Shown here in pieces: positions 20,055 to 29,378 of a stretch of 41,427 nt of DNA. This DNA is from Verrucomicrobiales bacterium (GTDB taxonomy: Bacteria; Verrucomicrobiota; Verrucomicrobiia; Verrucomicrobiales; Akkermansiaceae): NCBI GenBank assembly GCA_002729295.1, contig PBTU01000114.1:1-41427 (forward strand), read 5' to 3'. A program made the position numbers and the translations under genes. The first letter of the stretch is position 1. Every line of letters begins with the position of its first letter. The notes under the pieces were generated by a model. The model did no database searches and was not told the origin of the DNA. It saw only the letters and a program-made list of their open reading frames with translations.

Positions 20055-20135
20055 TTGTCGTAACTACTTTTCAAATGGTCAGAGAAAACCTCGGGCCGTT
20101 TTTTTTGGCTTTATCGTTGGGGCGATCATTTGAGA

Positions 20136-20969
20136 ATGCCTCTCGTCATGCCTGAAATCATTTCCTCGCTCGTCACTCTCGGCCTACTTGTATTGCTGCA
20201 AGCAGTTCTCGGATTCGACAATTTACTCTACATTTCCCTCGAGTCCCAACGGGCTCCGGAGAGTGAGCAAAGCCGGGTGAGGAAATTGGGAATTGGGATC
20301 GCGGTTGGGTTGAGGATTGTTCTACTCTTTGTGCTGATCAATCTCGTCGAGGCTTTACAGGATCCTTTTTTCACAATTGCCAGCGGAGGATGGGTCGAGG
20401 GAACGTTTAACTTTCATAGTGTGATCGTTCTTTTTGGAGGAGTCTTTATTCTCTACACCGCGACCAAGGAAATCATTCACATGATGTCTCTGGAGGAAGA
20501 CGGAAAAGTTGTCGAACGTGAGCCCAGTTCATCCAAAAAAGTAATTGGTCTGATTGTTTTCATGAACGTGATTTTTTCCTTCGATTCCATATTGAGTGCG
20601 ATGGCTTTGGCGAGTGTGAAAGATGAATCGGGAATGACAACGGGGTATCAAATTGGAATCATGACCGTCGCGATTGTCATTGGTGGATTAATCATGATTC
20701 TTCTCGCCGATAAGGTGACGACCTTTCTTCAGCGCAATCGAATGTATGAGGTGCTGGGGCTTTTTGTCCTCTTTGTGGTAGGTATTATGCTGCTCACCGA
20801 GGGCGCGCATTTGGCGCATCTCAAGTTCTTTGGTAATCCAATCCACGCGATGACTAAGACGACCTTCTATTTCGTCATCGGCGTGCTTCTTCTCACTGAT
20901 ATCGTGCAGGCACGGTATCAGAAGAAGATAAACGCGGAGAAGATGCGCCGGGCCAAGGTCGAGGGCTAG
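20136..20969 (+). CDS. TerC/Alx-family integral membrane protein
   Basis: Polytopic protein with the two TerC signature regions LGFDNLLYISLE and FSFDSILSAMAL. The ORF track starts at TTG 20130; ATG 20136 is 2 codons downstream. Confidence 0.75.
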   Translation: MPLVMPEIISSLVTLGLLVLLQAVLGFDNLLYISLESQRAPESEQSRVRKLGIGIAVGLRIVLLFVLINLVEALQDPFFTIASGGWVEGTFNFHSVIVLFGGVFILYTATKEIIHMMSLEEDGKVVEREPSSSKKVIGLIVFMNVIFSFDSILSAMALASVKDESGMTTGYQIGIMTVAIVIGGLIMILLADKVTTFLQRNRMYEVLGLFVLFVVGIMLLTEGAHLAHLKFFGNPIHAMTKTTFYFVIGVLLLTDIVQARYQKKINAEKMRRAKVEG

Positions 20970-21187
20970 CGGGCGCGGAGATCAGCGGGGGTATGGAGTA
21001 TGCGGGCCACGAGCACGATGATGTTTGCTGTTTTAGGTAATTCGTGGATTCCGGCGAGATCGATTCTACCTTCCCATGACATTTAGTTGGTAATGTTCAT
21101 TGCTTCAAGAGTTAGTAGGTTTGACCGTTGGGGAAAAGCCTGATTGCGATTGTTGAAAAAAAAGGCACTCTTCTCGGTAGTTCAACA

Positions 21188-22669
21188 ATGCTGATGAATT
21201 CCAACCGCAGAAAATTCCTCGGAGGCGCCGCGGCGTGGCTGGCACTGCCAGCTTCCGCCGAATCCGGGCGCTCTCTAAAGACGATCTCCCTGTTTCATAC
21301 GACCGACCTCCATGGCCATATTCTCCCAACGGTGAGTTACGAAGGCATCGGTAACTTGGGAGGGCTTGCTCGTTGTGCGACACAGATACGTAAGTGGCGG
21401 AAAGATTGCCCCGATCATTTGTTGTTCGATATTGGCGATGTTTATCAAGGAACGGTTGAGGGTTACCAAACCAAGGGAGGCGTCATGATCGATAGCTTCA
21501 ACAAGATGAACTACGACGGCTGGGTTTTGGGGAATCACGAGTTCGATTGGGGGCTGGATGTCGTTGAGGCAGCGGTAAAGCGATCATCGATGCCGGTGGT
21601 TACTGGGAATGTCGCGGTAGATGGAAAACGGTCGGGTGCAATTGAAGGAAATGCCTTTTCAAAACTGGCTCCGTGGATTGTGCGTGAGGTGGGCGGATTT
21701 CGGATTGGCTTGATTGGGTTGGTGACGCCGGGAATTCCCTACTGGTCGCGACCGGAGTTGTTGAAAGGGTTTGGCGTTTTTGATCCGGAGGAAAGTCTTA
21801 AGCAAAGTGTCGATGAATTGCGCGCAGAGAAGGTCGATGCGATAGTTGTGCTCGGCCACATGGGCTATCGTTATAAAGAGGACTACGCCAATCCGATTCA
21901 ATCCCTGCTGAAGAAGGTTCGTGGAATCGATGTCTATATCGGAGGCCATTCCCACCAGGATCGTCCGAGTTGGTATTCTTTTGGTGTGCTTTGCACGCAG
22001 GCAAATTACCATGGCTTGAATTGCGGACGGGTTGATTTGGCCTTTGACGTGGAATCGCGCAAGCTGGTTCATCGCAATGCCTGGACGGTCTTGATGGATG
22101 CCCGGGTTCATTTGGATCCGCTTATCCTCGAAAGCACAAAGTCAGTAGTCGAGGCCGCGGATGAGAGGAGAAAGTCGGTGATTGGTGAGGTAAAGTCTGC
22201 GATTTCGACCTACGGAAAGAGGAGTAAGTTTTGGAGGCTTCTTTGCGAGTCCTTCAAAGTTTCGGCAGCAAAGCATGGCGTTCAGGCTGACGGGGTTTTT
22301 CATGGGACCTTCGAGGCAAAAAAAGTTCTTCCTGGGAAAAAGACGATCGAAGATGCCTGGTCATGGATTCCCTACGAAAACTGGCTGGTACAGGCGTCGG
22401 TCACCGGAGAGCAGATCCGTGAAATCATCGCGGAGGAAAAAGACGTGCGTTATTCGGACCGCGGACTTTTTGGGCTCGATGAGGAAACTCTCGAGAACGA
22501 CAAGCGCTATATCATTCTCTTTAATAGCTACGACAGCCAGTCGGGCGGGAAGAAACTGCCAAAGCTCCGCAATATTCTCGAGGAGCCATCGAGTCAGACG
22601 AAACTCATTCCACTCACTACCCGTGAGGCGGTCATTGATTACTTCGCGGATATGAAAGAGATCGATTAG
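21188..22669 (+). CDS. TAT-exported bifunctional metallophosphatase / 5'-nucleotidase (UshA-like)
   Basis: The twin-arginine signal NRRKFLGGAAAWLALPASA follows ATG 21188. Calcineurin-like motifs are HTTDLHGH, GDVYQG, GNHEFD, GHMG and GGHSH. A C-terminal nucleotidase domain is present. Confidence 0.8.
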   Translation: MLMNSNRRKFLGGAAAWLALPASAESGRSLKTISLFHTTDLHGHILPTVSYEGIGNLGGLARCATQIRKWRKDCPDHLLFDIGDVYQGTVEGYQTKGGVMIDSFNKMNYDGWVLGNHEFDWGLDVVEAAVKRSSMPVVTGNVAVDGKRSGAIEGNAFSKLAPWIVREVGGFRIGLIGLVTPGIPYWSRPELLKGFGVFDPEESLKQSVDELRAEKVDAIVVLGHMGYRYKEDYANPIQSLLKKVRGIDVYIGGHSHQDRPSWYSFGVLCTQANYHGLNCGRVDLAFDVESRKLVHRNAWTVLMDARVHLDPLILESTKSVVEAADERRKSVIGEVKSAISTYGKRSKFWRLLCESFKVSAAKHGVQADGVFHGTFEAKKVLPGKKTIEDAWSWIPYENWLVQASVTGEQIREIIAEEKDVRYSDRGLFGLDEETLENDKRYIILFNSYDSQSGGKKLPKLRNILEEPSSQTKLIPLTTREAVIDYFADMKEID

Positions 22670-23793
22670 ACCTTTACGCCGCCGAGGTAGGTGCCCTGAA
22701 CCTCGAAGTGTTCGTTGAGGACAACCAAGTCGGCGAGGAATCCAGGTTCAAGTTTTCCGCGGTCTGCTAAGCCCAACGTATGGGCCTGGTTCCACGAGGT
22801 CGTCTCTACCAGCTCGTGAATTGGAATTCGGGTGAATTCGTGAATGTGCCTTAGGCCAGCGGGATACTGCAGGGTTGAGCCAGCGAGCGCTCCATTGCTC
22901 TTGAGGCGGGCGATGCTGTCTTCGATAACAACCTCTAATCCGCCTAACTCCATTTCGCCGTCGTTTTTCCAGGAGGCCGCCACCGAGTCGGTGATGAGCA
23001 TGAGACGTTTAGTTTGGATTTTTTCAAAGATCAATTGGAGCATTTCCGGCGCGAGATGAACGCCGTCGGCGATGAGTTCGATCTGCAGGCCGTCCTCGAT
23101 GAGACCGGCTCCCACGGCTCCAATCTCGCGATGGTGTAGTCCGGTCATGGCATTGCCATAGTGGGTGAGGTGGCTGAGCCCAAAGCCCATTGCCTTGTTG
23201 ATTTCATCGTAACTGGCTTCAGTGTGAGCCGCCGAGGCAATGATGCCGAGTGAATGGGCCTCGCGGACGAGATTGAGGCCTCCGGGAAGTTCAGGAGCGA
23301 GGGAGAGAATGCTGGCTGGGAAAATCTCGTGGAGCTCGCGGAGTTCCACAGGGTCGGATGGGCGGACAAACTCGGGGTTCTGGGCACCGGCTTGATCGCG
23401 ATTGATGAAGGGACCTTCGAGATGCATACCCGGGACGCGGAGGGGGGCGGACGGAGCCCAGTCGGCGATCGTCCGAACAATCTCACGAAGCTTTTCCTTG
23501 GGTTGGGTTAAGGTGGTGGGCAGCCAGGTGGTAACTCCCTCGGCGAGTTTCTTTTCGGCGATGTGTTGCAGGCTGTCGGGGGAGGCGTCGCAAACATCAC
23601 AGCCATCTGCGCCGTGGGCATGAATGTCGATAAAGCCGGGGAGGAGGAGATTCCCTTTGAGATCGATCCCTTCGTTTAATTCAGTGAGGTCGGACATCGA
23701 TCCGAGCCGCGTGATCTGGCCATTATCGACTTGGACAAACCCGTTTTCTTCCGTCAGGCCGGGTGAAATTAGGTGAGCGTTCTTGAGGAGCAT
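22666..23793 (-). CDS. nagA: N-acetylglucosamine-6-phosphate deacetylase
   Basis: Amidohydrolase landmarks: PGFIDIHAHG, HLEGPFI, SAAHTEA, HLTHYGNAM and ITDS. The start overlaps the pgsA stop by 1 nt (TGATG). Confidence 0.8.
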   Translation of the reverse strand: MLLKNAHLISPGLTEENGFVQVDNGQITRLGSMSDLTELNEGIDLKGNLLLPGFIDIHAHGADGCDVCDASPDSLQHIAEKKLAEGVTTWLPTTLTQPKEKLREIVRTIADWAPSAPLRVPGMHLEGPFINRDQAGAQNPEFVRPSDPVELRELHEIFPASILSLAPELPGGLNLVREAHSLGIIASAAHTEASYDEINKAMGFGLSHLTHYGNAMTGLHHREIGAVGAGLIEDGLQIELIADGVHLAPEMLQLIFEKIQTKRLMLITDSVAASWKNDGEMELGGLEVVIEDSIARLKSNGALAGSTLQYPAGLRHIHEFTRIPIHELVETTSWNQAHTLGLADRGKLEPGFLADLVVLNEHFEVQGTYLGGVKV

Positions 23794-24413
23794 CAGTTGA
23801 TGAGCAAGTTCCAGGATTTTTTAAGGTAGTTGATCCCTGAGATCAAGGTCAGGGCGAAGGCTCCCCAGAGAGAGATGATGGAAAGGGGATTTTCCGGGTT
23901 GGAGAGCGTTTGGAAGAAACTGACGAAGGAGCCCGCGTTTTCAATGGGCCCCATCATGAGCCATACGAGGCAAGTGATGCTATAAGTGAGCTGAAAGGTG
24001 GTTTTCCATTTCCCCAGTCGGTCGGCGGCGATGACCTCGCCTTTTTCCACTGCGATCTGGCGGAGGCCGGTGACGAGGAATTCGCGCCCGATGATTACGA
24101 TGGTGATCCAAGGTGGGCAAAGTCCCACACTGCTGAAGAGGACGAAGGCGGAGGCAACGAGAATCTTATCAGCCAGAGGATCCATGAGCTTGCCGAGCGA
24201 AGTGACGAGATTAAGTTTTCGGGCAAGGTAGCCATCGAGCCAATCGGAGATGGCAGCCATAACAAAGGCCACCAGGGCGACAAGGTATCCTGAGAACCCT
24301 CCCCGACTTGCAGCGATGACAAAGACGGCCGTTAAAACAAGCCTGGCAAAGGTGATGGAATTGGGAAGATTCAAAGGTAAATAGAGTGTGTCGTATCTGA
24401 AGACTACCGACAA
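23793..24413 (-). CDS. pgsA: CDP-diacylglycerol--glycerol-3-phosphate 3-phosphatidyltransferase (CDP-alcohol phosphatidyltransferase family)
   Basis: The full CDP-alcohol motif is present: DWLDGYLARKLNLVTSLGKLMDPLADK (D-x2-DG-x2-AR-x8-G-x3-D-x3-D). The protein has multiple TM segments. Confidence 0.8.
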   Translation of the reverse strand: MSVVFRYDTLYLPLNLPNSITFARLVLTAVFVIAASRGGFSGYLVALVAFVMAAISDWLDGYLARKLNLVTSLGKLMDPLADKILVASAFVLFSSVGLCPPWITIVIIGREFLVTGLRQIAVEKGEVIAADRLGKWKTTFQLTYSITCLVWLMMGPIENAGSFVSFFQTLSNPENPLSIISLWGAFALTLISGINYLKKSWNLLIN

Positions 24414-24460
24414 TCTTTTGCGTTAATAAATGATTTCCATCGCGATCAGTCAGGGGGAAT

Positions 24461-24799
24461 CTAACCCGGTGGCCATTGGAGCTGACGCCCGGCGAGGAGG
24501 TGGAGATGTAAATGGGGCACGGCTTCTCCGCCGTGGGGGCCATTGTTGATGATGACTCGGAAGCCATCTTCGGCGTAGCCTTCCTGGCGGGCGATCTCGC
24601 CAACTTTTAAGAGGAGATGGCCCAGGAGTACTTGGTCGTCGGCAGAGGTTTCGGCGATGCGAGCGACTGGTTTTTTGGGAATGAGAAGAAGGTGGACCGG
24701 GGCTTGGGGCGAAATGTCGTGAAAGCAGAGGCAGAAATCGTCTTCGTAGACGATGTCGGCGGGGATTTCCCGGGCGATGATTTTTTCGAACAAGGTCAT
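24461..24799 (-). CDS. HIT-family (histidine triad) nucleotide hydrolase
   Basis: Landmarks: MTLFEKIIAREIPADIVYEDD and the triad HLHLHLL. ATG 24799 gives the canonical ~112-aa protein. Confidence 0.85.
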   Translation of the reverse strand: MTLFEKIIAREIPADIVYEDDFCLCFHDISPQAPVHLLLIPKKPVARIAETSADDQVLLGHLLLKVGEIARQEGYAEDGFRVIINNGPHGGEAVPHLHLHLLAGRQLQWPPG

Positions 24800-24800
24800 A

Positions 24801-25367
24801 TTATAGGTCGACAGAAAGGGTGATCCTTCTCTGTTTGAGTTGGGCGTCTTGTTTGAAGCCTTCGAGGAAGGCGACGATTTCGGAGCAAAGTTGCTGGCAG
24901 GCTTTGGTGGTGGTTTTTCCGCCCCGCATGATGCTGGCGCTTTCCTTAATTTCGCAAAAGCGAATGGATTCGGCACCGCATTCCCGGAGAAGGTTGATTT
25001 CCTCGGTCAGGAGGCAGAAAAAGACGAGTTCGAATCCATTGCCAGCTTCGCGAGCAGATTTGACGAGGGAAACGGTGATGGGGGGAGCTAGGGGGACGAG
25101 ATTGTTGGCGATGGCGTCGCAACCGATTTTGCGAAGCATGACGCGCATGCGTTCGTAGAGGTCTTCGAGTGGGAGAACCCGAAGGGGGCAGCGGTGCTCG
25201 AGGTAGTGCATCACGCCGTCGCGAATGTCGTCGATAAAGGGAAAGTCGTGGCGGTTGCTCGCGATGGCCGCCCGGCTCAGGGATTCGTCAATCCACTCGG
25301 TGCCGTAGCCCACCACATGATGGTGGCCGACTTTGAGCACGGGGAGGTTGCCGACGATGCAGATCAT
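24801..25367 (-). CDS. Hypothetical protein (188 aa, 8 Cys), no domain recognised
   Basis: Clean ORF packed between nrdR (6-nt gap) and HIT (1-nt gap) on the same strand. Confidence 0.5.
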   Translation of the reverse strand: MICIVGNLPVLKVGHHHVVGYGTEWIDESLSRAAIASNRHDFPFIDDIRDGVMHYLEHRCPLRVLPLEDLYERMRVMLRKIGCDAIANNLVPLAPPITVSLVKSAREAGNGFELVFFCLLTEEINLLRECGAESIRFCEIKESASIMRGGKTTTKACQQLCSEIVAFLEGFKQDAQLKQRRITLSVDL

Positions 25368-25373
25368 TGAAGG

Positions 25374-25862
25374 TTATTTGAAAAGTTTCCGCTGCATCGC
25401 GTCGGTGCGGGCGCGGTTTTCTAGGGCTTGTATTTCGCGGATGAATTCTCCGACGTCCTCGAATTGCCGGTAGACCGAGACGTAGCGGACGTAGGCTACG
25501 GGATCGATTTCATGGAGTTTGTCCATGACTTTGGCCCCGATACTGCCGGAAGGGACCTCGGTATGGTGGTCGCGGTGGAGCTCTGAGAGGATTTCATCGA
25601 CGGCACGGTCGATGCGCTCCATTGAGACTTTGCGCTTCTCGCAGGCCTTGACGAGCCCTCGGAAGAGTTTTTCGCGGTTGATGGCCTCGCGGCTGCCGTC
25701 TTTTTTGATGACGCGAAGCTCGGTGCGCTCAATTTGCTCGTAGGTGGTGAAGCGGGATCCGCAGTTGAGACATTTGCGCCGTCGCCGAATCGTTGTACCA
25801 TCCTTGGTACTCCGGGAGTCGATGACTTTGTCCTCGTGGGACCCGCACTGGATACAACGCAT
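25374..25862 (-). CDS. nrdR: Transcriptional repressor NrdR (zinc ribbon plus ATP-cone)
   Basis: Landmarks: MRCIQCGSHEDKVIDSR...CLNCGSRFTTYE, then the ATP-cone segment VIKKDGSREAINREKLFRGL. Confidence 0.9.
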   Translation of the reverse strand: MRCIQCGSHEDKVIDSRSTKDGTTIRRRRKCLNCGSRFTTYEQIERTELRVIKKDGSREAINREKLFRGLVKACEKRKVSMERIDRAVDEILSELHRDHHTEVPSGSIGAKVMDKLHEIDPVAYVRYVSVYRQFEDVGEFIREIQALENRARTDAMQRKLFK

Positions 25863-26181
25863 TCTTTTCTTGCTAAGCTGAGCGCAGACTCGACGGAGAA
25901 GGCGGGCTTCGGAAGAAAAAATCTCCCTGTTTCTCAGAAGTCATTCACAAGATCCGCAAACTTTGGGATCGGGCGGGGAAATCTAAAAAAACTGTCCCGG
26001 TCCCTGAATAATGGGGGCTCTAACAATAAAAAATCACTCTTCATCAACAATGGGATGAGAGAAATATTGGTGGTCGGTTCTTAAGGTATCTGAAAGATCA
26101 TGCACTGTAGGAAAAGATGGATTTTCTTTTCAAAAAAATCTTGTCGCCAGTCTCGGACGATGGCAAAGAGACCTCGCAACT

Positions 26182-26256
26182 GCGGGTGTAGCTCAGTGGT
26201 AGAGCGCGACCTTGCCAAGGTCGATGTCGACGGTTCGAATCCGTTCACCCGCTCCA
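26182..26256 (+). tRNA. tRNA-Gly (anticodon GCC), CCA encoded
   Basis: The cloverleaf was folded by hand. Acceptor GCGGGTG/CACCCGC; D arm GCTC-AGTGGTA-GAGC; anticodon arm CGACC-TTGCCAA-GGTCG; T arm GACGG-TTCGAAT-CCGTT; discriminator T followed by CCA. Confidence 0.95.
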
Positions 26257-26269
26257 TTTTCCCTTAAAA

Positions 26270-26299
26270 GGTCCATGATTCATTTCATGGGCCTTTTTA
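26270..26299 (+). terminator. Rho-independent terminator after tRNA-Gly
   Basis: A 9-bp stem GGTCCATGA / TCATGGGCC (one G-U pair) with loop TTCATT, followed by TTTTTATT. Confidence 0.75.
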
Positions 26300-26407
26300 T
26301 TAGAAGGTGGTATCTGGAGGATGAGAACGAAGTTTGAGCCGGAGCGCAGCGGAGTCGGCGTGAGCGGAGCGGAGCGGCTAAAGGCACTCCTTTCATCCAC
26401 GCCATTT

Positions 26408-27919
26408 TTATTTTGCGAAGAGCTCCAGGACGACCTTGCTGTAGAGGGCGTAGCCGCCGGTGATGAACATTCCAATACAACTGATCCAAAGCCCTATGTC
26501 CCAGGCACGGCCGGGGGCGAGACGAGAGTCGCAGCGTTTGTAGCGGAAAAACAAAGCGGCCAGCCCCAGGAAGGGAAGCATGAGGGCGCCCATAAATCCG
26601 CCTGCGAGGACCAATTGTTTTGGGGCCCGGAAGAAAGCGTAACTTGCGAGGAAGAGAATGGGGAAAATGATACAGAAGACTTTGACCCAACGGCGGTATG
26701 ACTCTTCGCTTCCATTGATGAGGCCGAAAATTCTCATCGCGTCGGCACTAACTCGCGCGTGGCTGGCAGTGGCAACGAAGTAGGTCGAGTAAAGAACGGC
26801 AAAGGCGCCGAAGAGGAAGATGGCTTGCGCTGCTGACCCAAAGACGGGGGCATACATTTCTCCGAGAGTGCGGACCATTTGGTCGCCCGACGGATCGAGT
26901 CCGGTTCGCCCTAGAATAGCCGCTCCGAGAAGGTAAAAGGCGATGGTTGCCGAGGTGTAGACGATCATCGAGCACCAGGCATCCCAACGAAGGACTTTCA
27001 TCCATCCTTCCGCGCGCGCGGCCCATTCGGGAGAATCATCCCGCGGACCGGTCCATTTGGCATAGCCCTTTTCCTGGCACCAGTAAGGGTATTGGATGAG
27101 TTCGGTGGCCCCCACTCCGATGATGCCAAAGGCGGCCAGGGCAACGGTGAGGCCTTTTCCTTCAGGAATTTGGAATGTCATTCCCGATGCGAGGTCGGCC
27201 CAAGTGACCCGCCATTCGGGAAGTGACTGGAGATAGACCACATTGATGATCGTGACCAGGGTGAAGGTCGCGACCAGGACTGTGGAGAAATTTTGGATGA
27301 GCCGGTATCGTCCGACCACAAGCAGGACGATGGAGACGATGGTAACGAGAAAGCACCAGATTAGAGAATCATTGGAAGTCGGGGCCGGTGAGGTTTCGGT
27401 TGCTTCTTCGGCCGCTGGTTCTGGGCTGGCTGCTTCCTCGGATCCAAAGCGCGTGGCGAGACCCTCTTCGACTTGTTTGCTGATGATTGTCTCGTGATAT
27501 TCGTTTGCGACCCGTCCTGACTCAGTCAGTGGTTGTTGAATGGTGAGTGCTTGTCCCACTCCGCCGATAATTCCTCCAAGTTGGACGAGTGCGACCAGGC
27601 TGAAGACGAGCCAAAACCAGAGGAGCCAGTTCACACGGGCCCGCGGGCCGCTGACTTCGTTCATGCCGGACAGAGTGGTGCGTCCGGTGGTGATGGTGTA
27701 GCGTCCGAATTCGATTTGGACGAAGACTTTAATTAGGCAGCCAATGATGATGAGCCAGAGGAGGACAAAACCGGCTTCCGCTCCGACGGCGGTGGTGGCC
27801 ACGAGTTCGCCTGAGCCCACGATGGCTCCTGCGATGATCAGGCCGGGTCCAAGTTGGCGAAGAACTCCTCCAAAAGTTTTCGGTGGCTCTCTGATGGAAG
27901 ATTGTTCGTTATCAGGCAT
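26408..27919 (-). CDS. Nramp-fold (MntH-related) transporter, divergent subfamily lacking canonical metal-site motifs
   Basis: The N-terminus LRQLGPGLIIAGAIVGSGELVATTAVGAEAGFVLLW aligns with Nramp TM1 but has GSGE where DPGN is expected. The TM6-like segment IGVGATELIQYPYW replaces GA-x-V/I-MPHN. There are about 11-12 TM segments and an acidic Pro/Glu-rich loop. Confidence 0.6.
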   Translation of the reverse strand: MPDNEQSSIREPPKTFGGVLRQLGPGLIIAGAIVGSGELVATTAVGAEAGFVLLWLIIIGCLIKVFVQIEFGRYTITTGRTTLSGMNEVSGPRARVNWLLWFWLVFSLVALVQLGGIIGGVGQALTIQQPLTESGRVANEYHETIISKQVEEGLATRFGSEEAASPEPAAEEATETSPAPTSNDSLIWCFLVTIVSIVLLVVGRYRLIQNFSTVLVATFTLVTIINVVYLQSLPEWRVTWADLASGMTFQIPEGKGLTVALAAFGIIGVGATELIQYPYWCQEKGYAKWTGPRDDSPEWAARAEGWMKVLRWDAWCSMIVYTSATIAFYLLGAAILGRTGLDPSGDQMVRTLGEMYAPVFGSAAQAIFLFGAFAVLYSTYFVATASHARVSADAMRIFGLINGSEESYRRWVKVFCIIFPILFLASYAFFRAPKQLVLAGGFMGALMLPFLGLAALFFRYKRCDSRLAPGRAWDIGLWISCIGMFITGGYALYSKVVLELFAK

Positions 27920-28031
27920 GGGCTAGTGTTAGGGATGCAGGGCTCCGAGGACAAGGCGCGGGGGGACTTTTTTGAGGTGGGGAGAGATTGGCAAGGTTGT
28001 GTTACCTCTCTCATTCTGAAATAAGCCTCAC

Positions 28032-29378
28032 ATGAAACTCTTGATGTACGTCACTCTCGCTTCGATTTTTTCAGGGGCTCTCTTCGCGGGGGCGCCGAAT
28101 GTGATTCTGATCATGGCCGATGATCTTGGATATGGTGATGTGTCGTGTTACGGGAGCAAGCTCAACAGGACTCCCGTTCTCGACAAGATGGCGTCCGAGG
28201 GTGTGAAATTGACGGACTATCATTCGGGATCAACGGTGTGTACTCCGTCGAGGATGGCGCTGATGACCGGAATGTATCCACCCCGCGTTGGATGGAAAGG
28301 CGGCGTTCTCGGATTTAAGATGAGGATGTCGGGAGGCTTGTCTGCGGAGGCGCGAACAATGGCCGAGGTGTTCAAGGATGCTGGATATCGGACCGGGATA
28401 TCCGGGAAGTGGCATTTGGGTGATGCTCCCGAGCGTCTTCCGCAAGGGCAGGGATTTGAGCACGCATTCTATATTACAGCGAGTAACAACCAGACGAAAA
28501 AGCTTTGGCGGAACGGCAAGTTGATCGCCGAACCTTTTAACAATCGCCGGCTCAGCGAGGAATTCACGAGGGAGGCGATTTCCTTTATCAAGAAAGAGCG
28601 GACCCGTCCTTTCTTCCTTTATATGCCGTATACGGCGCCGCATTTCCCGGTCGAGGCTCACCCGGATTGGAACGGAAAGTCCGCGAACAAAGCATATGGC
28701 GATGTTGTGGAGGAACTGGACGCCCGTCTCGGAGAGATTTTGAAAAGCCTGCGGGAGTTGGAGATCGAAAAGGAGACGATTGTCATTTTCACCTCGGATA
28801 ACGGGCCCCAGGGAGGGCGAAAGAACAAGACGGTGGCGGATCCCTATCGAGGCGGAAAGTGGAGTGTCCTTGAAGGGGGAACGCGGGTGCCTTGTGTCAT
28901 TTCCTGGCCGGGGAAATTGCCCAAGGGGAAAGTTTGCAAGGAATTGGTCGCGTCCATTGATTTACTTCCAAGCTTAGCCACCGCCTGTGGGATTGAGCTG
29001 GAGGAGAAGCGTGAGCTTCCGCTGGATGGTGTCTCAGTATGGAACACGCTCAAAGGAGACGAGGGTCCGCATCTCCGCAAAGACATGCTTTATTGGAATG
29101 GTTGGGCGGTGCCACAAGCAATGCGGGTTGGGCAGTGGAAGTTGTATTTCGATCAGGTCAAGGAGGTGAAGGGGTCGAAGGAGGGGCCGGTGCTGATCGA
29201 TCTCTCAACTGACATCGCCGAGGAAGAGGATTTCAGTAAGGACCATCCAGATCGTGTTGACGAGATGTTGGCATTGGCCCGGAAGCGTTTGGAGGCAATT
29301 AAGGCAAAGAGCATTTCTCTTGGTGGCGAACCCCAGCAGTTTCCGAAGCCAAAGGTGCCGCGATGGTTGGCGAAGTAG
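28032..29378 (+). CDS. Secreted arylsulfatase-family sulfatase (formylglycine type)
   Basis: A signal peptide is followed by PNVILIMADDLGYGD and the C-x-P-x-R motif CTPSRMALMTG. Downstream landmarks are GKWHLG and FTSDNGP. Confidence 0.85.
   Translation: MKLLMYVTLASIFSGALFAGAPNVILIMADDLGYGDVSCYGSKLNRTPVLDKMASEGVKLTDYHSGSTVCTPSRMALMTGMYPPRVGWKGGVLGFKMRMSGGLSAEARTMAEVFKDAGYRTGISGKWHLGDAPERLPQGQGFEHAFYITASNNQTKKLWRNGKLIAEPFNNRRLSEEFTREAISFIKKERTRPFFLYMPYTAPHFPVEAHPDWNGKSANKAYGDVVEELDARLGEILKSLRELEIEKETIVIFTSDNGPQGGRKNKTVADPYRGGKWSVLEGGTRVPCVISWPGKLPKGKVCKELVASIDLLPSLATACGIELEEKRELPLDGVSVWNTLKGDEGPHLRKDMLYWNGWAVPQAMRVGQWKLYFDQVKEVKGSKEGPVLIDLSTDIAEEEDFSKDHPDRVDEMLALARKRLEAIKAKSISLGGEPQQFPKPKVPRWLAK

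Noticed and set aside
20055-20110. Possible intrinsic terminator after the SH3-lipoprotein gene (GAAAACCTCGGGCCGTTTTTTTT).
   Set aside because: Only a ~5-bp A/T-rich stem (AAAAC/GTTTT) can be drawn. The T-run is suggestive but the hairpin is too weak to call.
20055-20135. Possible yybP-ykoY (Mn2+) riboswitch upstream of the TerC-family gene. A similar possibility exists upstream of the Nramp-like gene (27920-28031).
   Set aside because: The TerC leader is only ~80 nt, and neither region shows the conserved GGGGAGUAG-type core on the correct strand. The GGGGAGAGATTGGCAAGG string near 27980 lies on the strand opposite to the transporter. A covariance-model scan (Rfam RF00080) would settle it.
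20966-21082. A 38-codon minus-strand ORF (MSWEGRIDLAGIHELPKTANIIVLVARILHTPADLRAR) in the 218-nt gap after the TerC gene.
   Set aside because: It is too short and has no recognisable motif or supporting signal. It could be a gene remnant or noise and cannot be supported from sequence alone.
24800-24976. N-terminal 59-aa extension of the HIT ORF (MPNPFAFAKLRK...), overlapping the end of the 188-aa orphan gene.
   Set aside because: The extension is Pro/Ser/Lys-rich low-complexity sequence. The canonical HIT N-terminus MTLFEKII starts at ATG 24799, directly after the upstream stop.
26362-26377. A (GAGCG)x3 pentanucleotide microrepeat within a purine-rich tract between the tRNA terminator and the transporter stop. 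I also looked window-wide for a CRISPR-like array.
   Set aside because: It is only 16 nt with no spacers and no longer periodicity, so it is most likely a chance low-complexity tract. No repeat-spacer architecture was seen anywhere in the window.
26182-26407. tRNA-Gly as an integration hotspot or genomic-island boundary.
   Set aside because: There is no integrase, and I saw no duplicated tRNA 3' fragment. The flanking genes (nrdR, transporter, sulfatase) look like ordinary chromosome. The tRNA is followed by a normal terminator.
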